Source: Candidatus Uhrbacteria bacterium (GTDB taxonomy: Bacteria; Patescibacteriota; Patescibacteriia; JACPHY01). From it: a DNA stretch of 39,667 bases. Location of the stretch: NCBI GenBank assembly GCA_043813445.1, contig JBDRLD010000028.1, forward strand, positions 1 through 39,667. Reading direction: 5' to 3'. Numbering within the stretch: position 1 is the stretch's first letter; every line of letters begins with the position of its first letter. The notes beneath the pieces were generated by a model. The model was not told the DNA's origin, did no database searches, and saw only the letters and a list, made by a program, of their open reading frames with translations. The position numbers and the translations under genes are program-made. Positions 27,301 through 35,343 of the stretch are shown here, one piece after another.

Positions 27301-28078
27301 AGCCGGCAACTACAACATCACCGCGAACGGAAAGGATTCTGGCTCGTCAATCACCCTAGCGAACATCGACGACGTGGGTGATGGAACCGGTAGTGTCTAT
27401 GGTGGAAACATCATGGGTGTGTACGACGGCGTACTCACGATGGGCCCTGACGCAAGCGGACCATCTGGCGTGCAGACGGCAGGGACAAACAAGGAAGTAC
27501 TCCGATTCTGGCTCACCGCAACCGGTGACGAGATCACGGTGTACGATCTTGAGTTGCTCACGAGCGGTTCAGCAACCGATGGGAGCACGAACGCCTCAAC
27601 CGGTGGCGTGATCTCCGGTGCTTCGAACGCGTACCTCTATAACACCGATCGGTCCGTCACGTATGCGACGTGGACGACTGCGGAGATTGATGACACCGTG
27701 CTCAGCTCGACGGATGAGCCACTTGATGCAGGTGCAACAGGAATCCACGTACACGCGGGCGAGAATGCACTCAACGCAGCTGGTTGGGATACGACCCTTG
27801 TGATTGGTGCGGGTCAGACCAAGACGCTTATGCTCGTCGGTGATACGACGGGTGCGGGTGGTGCAAGCACATCGAAGTCATTCCAGGCGCAGATCACTGG
27901 AGCTGGCGCAACGGCTTCCGGTGTTCAGTGGTACGATGTGGAGCTGCAGGGTGATAACGGTACATGCGACAACACAACCACGCTCGTTGACCTGGCAACA
28001 GGTGCAGAGTGTGTTGTGGACAGCGCAACGTACACGAAGACCCTGCCGGTATCCGGCAACGGCCTCACGTACAACTAG
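24371..28078 (+). CDS. S-layer-like major surface protein with an N-terminal repeated domain and Ser/Thr/Ala/Gly-rich beta domains
   Basis: Signal peptide ...PLAASA; ADGKRYVFPNEKTYKTWY and VKITTDPKVYAV repeats; tandem ~130-aa beta modules; strong C-ending codon bias; structured UTRs. Confidence 0.85.
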   Translation: MGSAIALGKRTFTWSVVVATIAWSMGLSLLVAPLAASAADLTAGTLIKGSLPAVYYYAADGKRYVFPNEKTYKTWYADFSTVTTVTDAELAAVTIGGNATYKPGVQMVKITTDPKVYAVDAGGALRHVATEAVASALYGAGWAASVHDVPDAFFVNYTIGSAVNAAADFDKAAASAAATSIGVDKGIAGAVVAPPAATTVLTASDGGSPGAASVPYLASDAVFAKVKLVGTGTISAFTVTRSGLGADANFSGVKLYDGTTQLGTTQTLNSSHQARFNNLNLAVSGEKVLTIAGDIAATGTATSGHLVQLGVVAASDIELASGSVSGTFPIRGGEMTIANISIGSATLYRGPSMPTSDQNIKPDEVDFLFTEVKISAGGVEALTVKQITAVQAGTATVSDLKDIKLVNSATGETLKSVASLNANSRVIFDGLNINVPKGDYVTLGIKATMTGGSSSSRTIGFELHDGVSYLINVVGNTYGFGITPAANASNDFCATTGVSGNTACQTQTVSTGTLAIARSASSPATGKIAQGGSQVPLLSVDYTVSGEDVNISSQNWDFTFSGILYSELTSVTLYDAAGKVVAGPSDPTSGNTITYTDAMTVPVGTHTYTLKGNIASATSASDTIIPVLDVSEFTVKGSQSGKATTVNTTTDITGNTLTVQAGSLSSVTGATPIVGNVVAGVQDFTFANITLDASAGGEDVKVTSLVVADATGSAALPGDLINWELWGDPDSSDSNDAIVQIVTTNSTASATYSANTVGIDSTVTFTMKSPIHVSKNKSVKLQVRADVISSAATTSTALLATYAHVIDLSTVTASGWSTGSTVSSTPAGAGQAQTVLATGALKVERAADSAVAGPIVAGSKGVALVKYKLTASYENIDVTTIPFYLATEAAEAGNLQNVAAFKLYLNGTLIGNAAGYGFTNAAVKSVELDTGVLRLVKDTPTYLEIKADFNDKTEVDSGTAARIGIGDSDGDASTWSAAGNYNITANGKDSGSSITLANIDDVGDGTGSVYGGNIMGVYDGVLTMGPDASGPSGVQTAGTNKEVLRFWLTATGDEITVYDLELLTSGSATDGSTNASTGGVISGASNAYLYNTDRSVTYATWTTAEIDDTVLSSTDEPLDAGATGIHVHAGENALNAAGWDTTLVIGAGQTKTLMLVGDTTGAGGASTSKSFQAQITGAGATASGVQWYDVELQGDNGTCDNTTTLVDLATGAECVVDSATYTKTLPVSGNGLTYN

Positions 28079-28093
28079 TAGTTAACTCCAGCG

Positions 28094-28178
28094 TGTCATT
28101 GCGAGGACGTACTCGACCGAAGCAATCCCGTTCACTTGTGTACCGGATCGCCACGTCGCTACGCTCCTCGCGATGACA
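28094..28178. repeat. Complete GTCATTGCGAG palindromic element
   Basis: TGTCATTGCGAGG...GCAATCC...GGATCGCC...CCTCGCGATGACA. Confidence 0.85.
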
Positions 28179-28183
28179 CAGGA

Positions 28184-28241
28184 TCCACTCCTCCTCGTAT
28201 GAGCACGGGCTATGCCCTACTCATTTCGAGGGAGAGATGGA
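28184..28241 (+). terminator. Long imperfect 3' hairpin after the S-layer-like gene (terminator or stabiliser)
   Basis: TCCA..CTCCTCG.ATGAG..GGGC-TAT-GCCC..CTCAT..CGAGGGAG..TGGA; weak U tract. Confidence 0.4.
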
Positions 28242-28276
28242 GGAGATTTATCGGCTAGTTTAGTGAAGTATTTCTC

Positions 28277-28451
28277 GCTTGATCGCATGATGGTTGCATG
28301 AGCATGGTGTGGGCAGCGTGAAGGAAAATCGGAAGGCGCGGGCGTTCGGGATCCTTGAACCGCAATCAATGGTTCAACCCGAGCCCGCACATAGCCAGCT
28401 GATTCTCACAATCGCAGCCAACACCGGCGACTGCACCGAACGCGAACAAGC
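28277..28451 (+). ncRNA. 6S RNA-like rod-shaped ncRNA
   Basis: 175-nt end-to-end hairpin (GCTTG/CAAGC, TCGC/GCGA, TGCA/TGCA, GGTGT/ACACC, GCGGGC/GCCCGC, CGGG/CCCG, TTGAACC/GGTTCAA) with a weakly paired A-rich centre, followed directly by a terminator. Confidence 0.55.
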
Positions 28452-28490
28452 AACAAAGCCCCCCGATTCACCGGGGGGCTTTGTGTTGTT
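28452..28490 (+). terminator. Intrinsic terminator
   Basis: CAAAGCCCCCCG-ATTCAC-CGGGGGGCTTTG followed by TGTTGTT. Confidence 0.8.
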
Positions 28491-28510
28491 GGGCTGCGCC
28501 ATTACGGATG

Positions 28511-28583
28511 CGGGCGGCCATGGAAGACCGCCCCTACGAAGTCAATTCCTCACGTAGGGGCGGGGTTCAATCCCCGCCCGTCT
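28511..28583. repeat. GTAG-family REP doublet, copy 2
   Basis: Near-identical to 3753-3825 and 30611-30683. Confidence 0.85.
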
Positions 28584-28670
28584 TGTATGCGATAAGTAGC
28601 GCCAGTCCTTCATATTGGCTATACTCAAGGCAGGGCGGTTCGTCTGAAACCGCACTTATTAGTGCGTACT

Positions 28671-29585
28671 ATGCGTAAAACACTCCCACTTGGAATTGGA
28701 ACTGCGGTTGCGGTGCTTGCGATCGCGCTAGGTGCGGTTGCGTTCCGTGAGCAGGCGGTATCGGTGACGCTCAACATTGTCCCTGACAATACAGTGTACG
28801 GCGGTGATCCCGCAGCGCTCGCGCTCGACTTTGTTGTCAGTCCGGGACGCGCGGATGTTCTTGATGCGCTCGTCGTTGAGCATCGGGGAACCGCGGAATT
28901 GCTAACTGATATTACCGGTGCGACACTGTGGCGCGATGAGGGCGTTGCCGGATTTCAGGGTATTGGCATCGACCGCACACTCGCGAGCGGTTCATGGAAC
29001 GGAGCGGGACGCTCCTGGGTGTTTACTGATACGCGCGAACCGATTCCGGAAGATGGTGCACGATTTTTTGTGACGGTTGCCTCAACGCAGTCACCGACAC
29101 ATGGTCGCACCATTTTGCTCCGTCTGCCTCCGTATTCGGATAGCGGACACGCAATGGAATATTCGATAGGTGATCGCGGCATTTTCCTTCGGACCGGTCG
29201 CGCTGCACCGGAATTGCCATTAGAGAACTCTCGAGCGCAGGTTCTCACGCGATCATCGGCTGACGAGATTGCACCAACGTCGCGCATCCTCGCCGTGGGG
29301 AGCGGTACAGAAGTGGGAAGCAACTGGATCCTCGTGAACGGTGTTGCCGAGGACCGCGGTGGTTCAGTGGTGTCGAATGTTCGCATCGGTATCAATAGGC
29401 AGGGGAATGAAACAGAATGGTTTGACGCGTCGCTGGTGACGCCCGGATTTGCAACATGGGAAGCGCGGTTCTTCCAACTGACACCGGGCGCAACCTATGA
29501 ACTGCGCACGCAAGCATCGGATTGGGTGAACAACACGTCCGCAGTGAGCGATCCGATGATTGTAACGCTGAAGGGCGAGGAATAG
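28671..29585 (+). CDS. Secreted or membrane-anchored protein with Ig-like domains
   Basis: N-terminal hydrophobic helix; C-terminal AP.S.I...G.AED.GG..V..V.I...W...Y....QA.D..NN Ig motif. Confidence 0.8.
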   Translation: MRKTLPLGIGTAVAVLAIALGAVAFREQAVSVTLNIVPDNTVYGGDPAALALDFVVSPGRADVLDALVVEHRGTAELLTDITGATLWRDEGVAGFQGIGIDRTLASGSWNGAGRSWVFTDTREPIPEDGARFFVTVASTQSPTHGRTILLRLPPYSDSGHAMEYSIGDRGIFLRTGRAAPELPLENSRAQVLTRSSADEIAPTSRILAVGSGTEVGSNWILVNGVAEDRGGSVVSNVRIGINRQGNETEWFDASLVTPGFATWEARFFQLTPGATYELRTQASDWVNNTSAVSDPMIVTLKGEE

Positions 29586-29614
29586 ATACGTTATAGAAAT
29601 TGGTTGTATCCTTG

Positions 29615-29711
29615 TGTCATTGCGAGGAGCGCGTCTGCGCGCGACGCGGCAATCCCGTTACTAGTGAACCGGATCGCCACGTCGTTCGAGTACTCCCTCC
29701 TCGCGATGACA
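29615..29711. repeat. Complete GTCATTGCGAG palindromic element
   Basis: Same arms as 28094-28178 with different loop sequences. Confidence 0.85.
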
Positions 29712-29754
29712 CAAAGAATTCGTTATTGCGAGAAGAATTGACGAAAATGAGTAT

Positions 29755-30444
29755 ATGTCCACCATGAACAAACGAGATAAACGAGTTCTTGCAATCGGTA
29801 TCATCGTGCTCGTCGCGGTGATCGGATTGGTGGTGCGCGAAGTGACACTCCGTCGAGCAGTGCGCACACTCCCGCAGATTGAAGTCGATCTTACGGATGA
29901 GAAGCGTGCAGAACTTGATGCGAAGATTGTTGCATCGCAGGCGGCTATTGCGGCGGATAAATCGGATTTCAGCGCGTATACCGACCTCGCGTTGGCGAAA
30001 ACGAACCTCGGGTATCTTAATGATGCGGCCGAGGTGTATCGACACATGAATCAGCTCTTCCCGGGAAACTACCTCTCATTCCAGAACCTCGGACAGCTGT
30101 ACGAGCAGGAGGAGCGATTCGATCTCGCGGCGGAGCAGTACCTCCTCGCAATCGATAACGCGCCACGCATCCCGCACCTCTATCGCATGTATGTGAATCT
30201 CATCACCTACAAGATGCCGGAGCGCCACCAGGAAATCCCGCGCGTACTCACAAAGGGGCTCGAAATCGTCCCGGAGGGCGTGGACTTTATGTCCATGATG
30301 GCCGTGTACTATCGCGATCAAGGACAGCTTGAAGATGCGTTGCACTGGTTCGAGCTTCTGCTTGTTTTCGATCAGGAGAACGAAACGGCGAAGCGTGAAG
30401 CGATGGAGATCAAGGAGCAGCTGACCGGAATCAAGATGCAGTAG
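29755..30444 (+). CDS. Membrane-anchored tetratricopeptide-repeat protein
   Basis: N-terminal TM; TPR patterns such as SFQNLGQLYEQEERFDLAAEQYLLAIDNAP. Confidence 0.87.
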   Translation: MSTMNKRDKRVLAIGIIVLVAVIGLVVREVTLRRAVRTLPQIEVDLTDEKRAELDAKIVASQAAIAADKSDFSAYTDLALAKTNLGYLNDAAEVYRHMNQLFPGNYLSFQNLGQLYEQEERFDLAAEQYLLAIDNAPRIPHLYRMYVNLITYKMPERHQEIPRVLTKGLEIVPEGVDFMSMMAVYYRDQGQLEDALHWFELLLVFDQENETAKREAMEIKEQLTGIKMQ

Positions 30445-30488
30445 AAGTTGTCCATTCTCGGGTGGATCGAAGGAACCCCTGCAAAAGG

Positions 30489-30713
30489 TGTCATTGCGAG
30501 CGGAACGTAGTGGAGCGCGGCAATCCCGTAGCTGTATTGAGTGGGGTCACTATGTCACTTCCCGCCCTAGGCGGGCTCATGGGCGGTGGTGCTATCCCCG
30601 CCCATCCGGACGGGCGACCATGGAAGGCCGCCCCTACGAAGTCAATTCCTGACGTAGGGGCGGGGTTCAATCCCCGCCCGTCTGGACGCGACCACAATGG
30701 GATCGCCCCTACG
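30489..30713. repeat. GTCATTGCGAG half-element (30489-30528) and GTAG REP doublet copy 3 (30605-30683) with an extra REP
   Basis: Direct match to the other copies in the window. Confidence 0.82.
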
Positions 30714-30743
30714 AAGATGTGAATCGTGATGTCCATCGTTCTG

Positions 30744-30785
30744 ATCCGCACATCTGCATCATCAGTATTCTGTTCTGATCCGTAT
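30744..30785. repeat. Solo arm of the GxxExxY-associated inverted repeat
   Basis: ATCCGCACATCTGCATCATCAGT...ATCCGTAT is the reverse-complement homolog of 36867-36908. Confidence 0.75.
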
Positions 30786-30888
30786 TTACTCCTACGAAGA
30801 GAGGGCACCTCGTCATACTACTGCGGGGAGGGTGCCCATTTCCGAGATATTGTATATGCATAGCGAGAATCAACGGCATAACACATAC

Positions 30889-32949
30889 ATGATGTGGAAA
30901 CCTATGGGTTTCCGCTACGTTATTTTTGGACTACTCATCATACTGATGGGCTGTCCGCTTGCGGCACTCGCTCTTGTTCCATCCGATCCGCTTTTCAGTG
31001 AGCAGTGGTATCTACAGGATATTGGCGCGCCAACCGCATGGGACACGACGATTGGAAATCCGTCGTCGGTTATTGCGGTACTCGATATTGGTGTCGACAT
31101 TAATCATCCAGATCTTGCGGATGCAATGTGGATCAATCCTGATGAAGTGTCCGGGAATGGTATTGACGATGATGGGAATGGATATATCGATGACATGCAT
31201 GGTTGGGATTTTGTGGGTCATGATGCTGACCCGACGCCTGCGTATGATGTCCCCGGATCCAATCCGAACGACCTTCATCATGGAACCACCGTTGCTGGCA
31301 TTATCGCGGCGCGCGGGGATAACGGCGTCGGTATCGTTGGTATTGATTGGCTCGCGAAGATCATGCCGCTCCGCGTGCTGTCCAGCGATGGAACCGGTGA
31401 TGTGAGTGCGGTGCTGAAGGCGCTCGCATACGCCGAGCGTGAGGGTGCTACGATTGTGAACATGAGTTTTGTCGGTGCAGATCGATCGCCAGAGCTGGAT
31501 GCAATGGTGGATGAACTGGCGGCGCATGGAATTCTCATTGTCGCTGCCGGTGGAAATGAGGATAATTCCGGGCGGGGCAACCTCGACGTGTATCCGGCGT
31601 ATCCCATTTGTTCAGGAACCGACGGCGAAGATGTACTTGGTGTCGCCGCATCGGATCAGAATGGGCAGAAAGCGTCGTTCTCGAGCTACGGAAGTTGCGT
31701 GGATATCGTTGCGCCAGGGAGTCATATTGCCGGAGCGCTCTACCACGATCCCACCCATACCATCATTGCAATTGACAAAAACATCACGAAAACGACGTTC
31801 AGCGATCCGTTCGGTGGATATTTTTCCGGAACATCCTACGCAACGCCGATTGTCGCCGGTGCGGCCTCGCTGCTTCGTGGACTGCTTCCACTGGCGACAC
31901 CACATGAGATCGTGCACATCTTGAAGCAAACCGCAGTGCCGGTGGAGCGATTGCCTGCCGGACTGCAGAATCGACTCGGTGCCGGACGTCTCAATCTTGC
32001 GGCGGCGGTTGCAGAGGCGGCGAAGCGTGTGCAGCTCATACCGAGCACTTCGCGATCGACCATCGATGTCGACGCGGTACTCGCATCGCCGGGTGTCCCT
32101 GTTCCGGTGCGCGTGACCGTGCGTGATGCGAACGGGAATGGCTTGGCGGGTCGTGCGGTTGTGCTTGGATCATCACGTGTAAATGATAGTATCACGCCGA
32201 GTGAGGTGCTTACCGACGCGGGCGGAGTAGCGACGTTTGCGATCCTCGCAACCGAGGAGGGGATTGCGACGCTCGCAGCATCTGCAGGCGACCTCGTTAT
32301 TGCGAACGGTCGCGCCGTGTTTGCATCGGCAACCACGGCTCCGATCGGAGTTGGGTCGTTGCTTAAGGGTTCGACGAGTGCAGTGTACGTAATCGGGTCA
32401 GATGCGAAGCGGTATGCATTCCCGGATGCGCAGACGTATCGGTCGTGGTATGCGGATGACTTCAGTGTGCAGCGTGTCCCGGACACGGTGCTTGCCGCAT
32501 TTCCGCTCGGCGGACTTATCACCGTGCGGCCAGGGACATATCTCGTGAAGATTCAGTCCGATCCGAAGGTGTATGCGGTGGATGCTTCGAGAACGGGGCG
32601 GATCGGCGGTATGCTGCGGTGGGTGGAGAGTGAGACTGTAGCGACACAGCTGTTCGGGAGCGATTGGGCACAGCGAGTCATCGATGTGCCGGTTGAGTTC
32701 TTTACGACATATACGATCGGCGCGTCGCTTGATGGAACGACCTATCCGGATGGCGTCGTGCTCGAGGATGAACGTGACGGCGAACGATACTTGGCAGTGA
32801 ACGGTACACGTCGTCACATTATGTCCATGCTCTCCTTCCTCCAAAATGGCTTCCAGCTTAGGCATGTTATCCATATTCCTACCGTGAATCTCCCAGATGG
32901 AGCCCCAATCATCAAACGAGAGGCGAATATCGCGGCCCCTGTTTTGTGA
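30889..32949 (+). CDS. Secreted S8 (subtilisin-like) serine protease with a Big_1-like domain and the shared C-terminal repeated domain
   Basis: Triad motifs VIAVLDIGVD, HGTTVAG and SGTSYATP; oxyanion AAGGN; C-terminal SDAKRYAFPD..TYRSWY / VKIQSDPKVYAV. Start 30889 or 30904. Confidence 0.92.
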   Translation: MMWKPMGFRYVIFGLLIILMGCPLAALALVPSDPLFSEQWYLQDIGAPTAWDTTIGNPSSVIAVLDIGVDINHPDLADAMWINPDEVSGNGIDDDGNGYIDDMHGWDFVGHDADPTPAYDVPGSNPNDLHHGTTVAGIIAARGDNGVGIVGIDWLAKIMPLRVLSSDGTGDVSAVLKALAYAEREGATIVNMSFVGADRSPELDAMVDELAAHGILIVAAGGNEDNSGRGNLDVYPAYPICSGTDGEDVLGVAASDQNGQKASFSSYGSCVDIVAPGSHIAGALYHDPTHTIIAIDKNITKTTFSDPFGGYFSGTSYATPIVAGAASLLRGLLPLATPHEIVHILKQTAVPVERLPAGLQNRLGAGRLNLAAAVAEAAKRVQLIPSTSRSTIDVDAVLASPGVPVPVRVTVRDANGNGLAGRAVVLGSSRVNDSITPSEVLTDAGGVATFAILATEEGIATLAASAGDLVIANGRAVFASATTAPIGVGSLLKGSTSAVYVIGSDAKRYAFPDAQTYRSWYADDFSVQRVPDTVLAAFPLGGLITVRPGTYLVKIQSDPKVYAVDASRTGRIGGMLRWVESETVATQLFGSDWAQRVIDVPVEFFTTYTIGASLDGTTYPDGVVLEDERDGERYLAVNGTRRHIMSMLSFLQNGFQLRHVIHIPTVNLPDGAPIIKREANIAAPVL

Positions 32950-32955
32950 TATAAT
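32947..32955 (+). promoter_or_regulatory. Consensus extended -10 (TG-A-TATAAT) overlapping the protease stop codon
   Basis: TGATATAAT lies directly upstream of the GxxExxY gene. Confidence 0.5.
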
Positions 32956-33435
32956 ACGGATGATGCTGATTGAAAAAGCAGATGATGCGGATATGCGGAT
33001 GCACGATGATGGGCTCATTTATGCAGAGCTCACCTATCAATTAAACGGTGTCTGCTTTGCGGTTCAGAATGTTTTGGGACGGAATTGCTCGGAGAAGCAA
33101 TACGCAGATGCGATCGAAAAGTACCTAATAGAAAAAGAGTTGTCTTTTAGTAGAGAATATGTTCTTCCGCCAATGTTCGAGGGTGAACAGCCGGGACGAC
33201 ATCGCGTGGACTTCTTTATTGACGGACGTGTAGTGCTTGAATTGAAGGCTAAGAAAATGATCGAACGAGTCGATTATGATCAGCTTCTTCGGTATTTGAA
33301 TGTATTAAATTGCAAGTTGGGACTGTTGGTAAATTTTCGAGAACGAAATTTGAAACCAAGGCGTGTACTTAATTCACGGGCACCGGTAATCATATCGGCA
33401 TATCCGCATCATCGGCATCTTTGATTGATCCGTAT
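32954..33435. mobile_element. Inverted-repeat-bounded GxxExxY nuclease cassette (putative mobile element)
   Basis: Inner IR 32978-33000 / 33394-33416 matches at 21/23; outer ATACGGAT / ATCCGTAT; an empty homolog is at 36867-36974. Confidence 0.65.
32960..33424 (+). CDS. GxxExxY protein (PD-(D/E)XK nuclease superfamily)
   Basis: LIY.ELTY...G..F.V...LG....EKQY, R.DF.IDG.VVLELKA and QLL.YL......LGLLVNF. The start may be 32960, 32993 or 32999. Confidence 0.9.
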   Translation: MMLIEKADDADMRMHDDGLIYAELTYQLNGVCFAVQNVLGRNCSEKQYADAIEKYLIEKELSFSREYVLPPMFEGEQPGRHRVDFFIDGRVVLELKAKKMIERVDYDQLLRYLNVLNCKLGLLVNFRERNLKPRRVLNSRAPVIISAYPHHRHL

Positions 33436-33439
33436 ACGT

Positions 33440-34450
33440 ATGTTTGAAAAACCCATTTTTGATAGGCCGAACGTGCTCGTGACCGGTGGTGCGGGTTTTA
33501 TTGGTTCGCGACTTTGTGAGCGTCTTCTTGAACGGGCAAAGGTGATTTGCGCGGACAACTTCGTTTCTGGGACTGAGCGGAATATCCACCACCTGTTTCA
33601 GAATCCGAATTTCATTTTTCTCAAGCAGGACGTCGCTGTGCCATTCGATTTGACGACTTTTCCGGAGCTTGAACGGTTCAAGGTAAAGTTTCAGGGAGTG
33701 CAGGAGGTCTATCACTTTGCATGCCCGACTTCGCCGAAGGATTTTGAGAATTTGCGCATCCCGACACTCATCGCGAATGCGTATGGGACGGTGAACACGC
33801 TGCACATCGCGCAACAGTACGAAGCGAGATACATTCTCGGATCGTCATCGGTCGTCTATGGAGATGCGGCGAAAGAGGGTGAGTTCCAGCAGGAGGATCA
33901 CTACGGAGTTGTCGACCATCTCGGTCCACGCGCGTGTTACGACGAGGGGAAGCGGTTTGCTGAGACCGTGGTCGCTACGTATCGGCAGCAGTATGGTATT
34001 GACGCGAAGATCGCGCGCATCTTTCGAACGTACGGCCCGCGACAGCGGCTACGCATCGGCGAAATGCTCCCGGATTTTATCGTCAACGCACTCGAGGGGC
34101 GTGATCTCGTCGTTTATGGCGATGAGTCTTTTACAACATCGCTTGCGTACGTCGATGATGTTGTCGATGGTATTCTGAAGCTCATGGCGAGCGAGGAGGG
34201 CGGGCCGATGAATTTTGGTGGAAACGAGTCATATAAGATCGCCGATGTCGCACAGAAGGTTATCGAACTTACGAATTCGACGTCGAAGATCCGATTCGAA
34301 CAACCATTACTCTTCATGCGCGCGCAAGGAATTCCAGACATCGGGCGCGCACGCGAAGCACTCGGCTGGACACCGATCGTGCGACTTGAGGACGGCCTTA
34401 AACTCTCCATAGAATATGCCCAGGCCCATAAGGAGATGTTGGGATACTAG
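33440..34450 (+). CDS. NAD-dependent epimerase/dehydratase, UDP-glucuronate decarboxylase (UXS)-like
   Basis: TGGAGFIG, YHFACPTSP, GPRACYDEGKR (YxxxK) and RIF.TYGPR motifs. Confidence 0.9.
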   Translation: MFEKPIFDRPNVLVTGGAGFIGSRLCERLLERAKVICADNFVSGTERNIHHLFQNPNFIFLKQDVAVPFDLTTFPELERFKVKFQGVQEVYHFACPTSPKDFENLRIPTLIANAYGTVNTLHIAQQYEARYILGSSSVVYGDAAKEGEFQQEDHYGVVDHLGPRACYDEGKRFAETVVATYRQQYGIDAKIARIFRTYGPRQRLRIGEMLPDFIVNALEGRDLVVYGDESFTTSLAYVDDVVDGILKLMASEEGGPMNFGGNESYKIADVAQKVIELTNSTSKIRFEQPLLFMRAQGIPDIGRAREALGWTPIVRLEDGLKLSIEYAQAHKEMLGY

Positions 34451-34455
34451 GGGAA

Positions 34456-34505
34456 AATATCCAAGGTCCAAGCTCAAATGACCAATGAAGTTCCAATGAC
34501 ACAAT
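34456..34505. repeat. Heptamer-periodic arm (..CCAA...)n, left partner of 35275-35324
   Basis: 34/45 ungapped identity to the reverse complement of the 35275-35324 arm. Confidence 0.7.
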
Positions 34506-34547
34506 TCACGATCAATTCAATTAAATGGACTAAGTTCATTTAACGGT

Positions 34548-35207
34548 ATGCGCGTTGCGGTGATTCCTGCGTACAACGAAGAGCGCACCGTGGGAGATGT
34601 GGTGCGACGCGTGCGGGAGTTTATCCCGCACGTCGTTGTTGTTGACGATGGTTCGAGTGATGCAACGGCTGAGCGTGCGCGTGCAGCCGGTGCGTACGTG
34701 GTGTGTCATGTGGTGAATCGTGGGTTAGGTGGTGCGCTCGGGACGGGTATTCGCATTGCGTGCGATCTAGGAGCAGACTTCATAGTGACGCTCGACGCAG
34801 ATGGGCAGCACGACCCGGTGGACGCCCCTGCACTCATCGCACCCATTGAACGCGGAGACGCGGATGTGGTGATTGGCGTACGAGAACGGAGTGTTGATAT
34901 TCCAGTGTCGCGTCGCGTTGCGCATGCGGTGAGTAATATCTATACGCGACTGCTCTTCGGTGTATACTGTTCGGACACGCAGTCCGGTTTTCGTGCGATG
35001 AGCCGCTCTGCCGCAATGCGGATTGAGATTCGTACGAATCGTATGGAGGTTTCATCGGAGATTATCGGTGAGATCGGTCGACACAAGCTTCGTCTTGTGG
35101 AGGTGCCAATCAGAACTATTTACACCGACTACTCACTCTCGAAGGGGCAGAGCTTCACTGCCGGCCTCAAAACCGCGTGGTCGCTGCTACTTCGAAAACT
35201 GCTCTGA
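34548..35207 (+). CDS. Glycosyltransferase family 2, DPM1-like (polyprenol-phosphate glycosyltransferase)
   Basis: VIPAYNEE, VVDDGSSD, N.GLGGA..TG, TLDADGQH and DTQSGFRA motifs. Confidence 0.93.
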   Translation: MRVAVIPAYNEERTVGDVVRRVREFIPHVVVVDDGSSDATAERARAAGAYVVCHVVNRGLGGALGTGIRIACDLGADFIVTLDADGQHDPVDAPALIAPIERGDADVVIGVRERSVDIPVSRRVAHAVSNIYTRLLFGVYCSDTQSGFRAMSRSAAMRIEIRTNRMEVSSEIIGEIGRHKLRLVEVPIRTIYTDYSLSKGQSFTAGLKTAWSLLLRKLL

Positions 35208-35217
35208 GTCTCCCATT

Positions 35218-35238
35218 AAAAGACTCCCGGAGTCTTTT
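35218..35238. terminator. Short palindrome, possible terminator
   Basis: AAAAGACTCC-C-GGAGTCTTTT. Confidence 0.5.
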
Positions 35239-35274
35239 CACGTAGCATCATGGTAGAGCCCCTCGTGTGTTGAT

Positions 35275-35324
35275 CATTGGGCATTGGAATTTTGTTGGTC
35301 ATTTGAATTTGGGAATTGGTCATT
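35275..35324. repeat. Heptamer-periodic arm (..TTGG...)n, right partner of 34456-34505
   Basis: CATTGGG CATTGGA ATTTTG TTGGTCA TTTGAAT TTGGGAA TTGGTCA TT. Confidence 0.7.
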
Positions 35325-35343
35325 CTTTGCGAAGCAAAGCCGT

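Noticed and set aside
13816-32949. Diversity-generating retroelement acting on the shared domain
   Set aside because: No reverse transcriptase is present, and I saw no TR/VR pair differing only at adenines; the domain copies are diverged paralogs.
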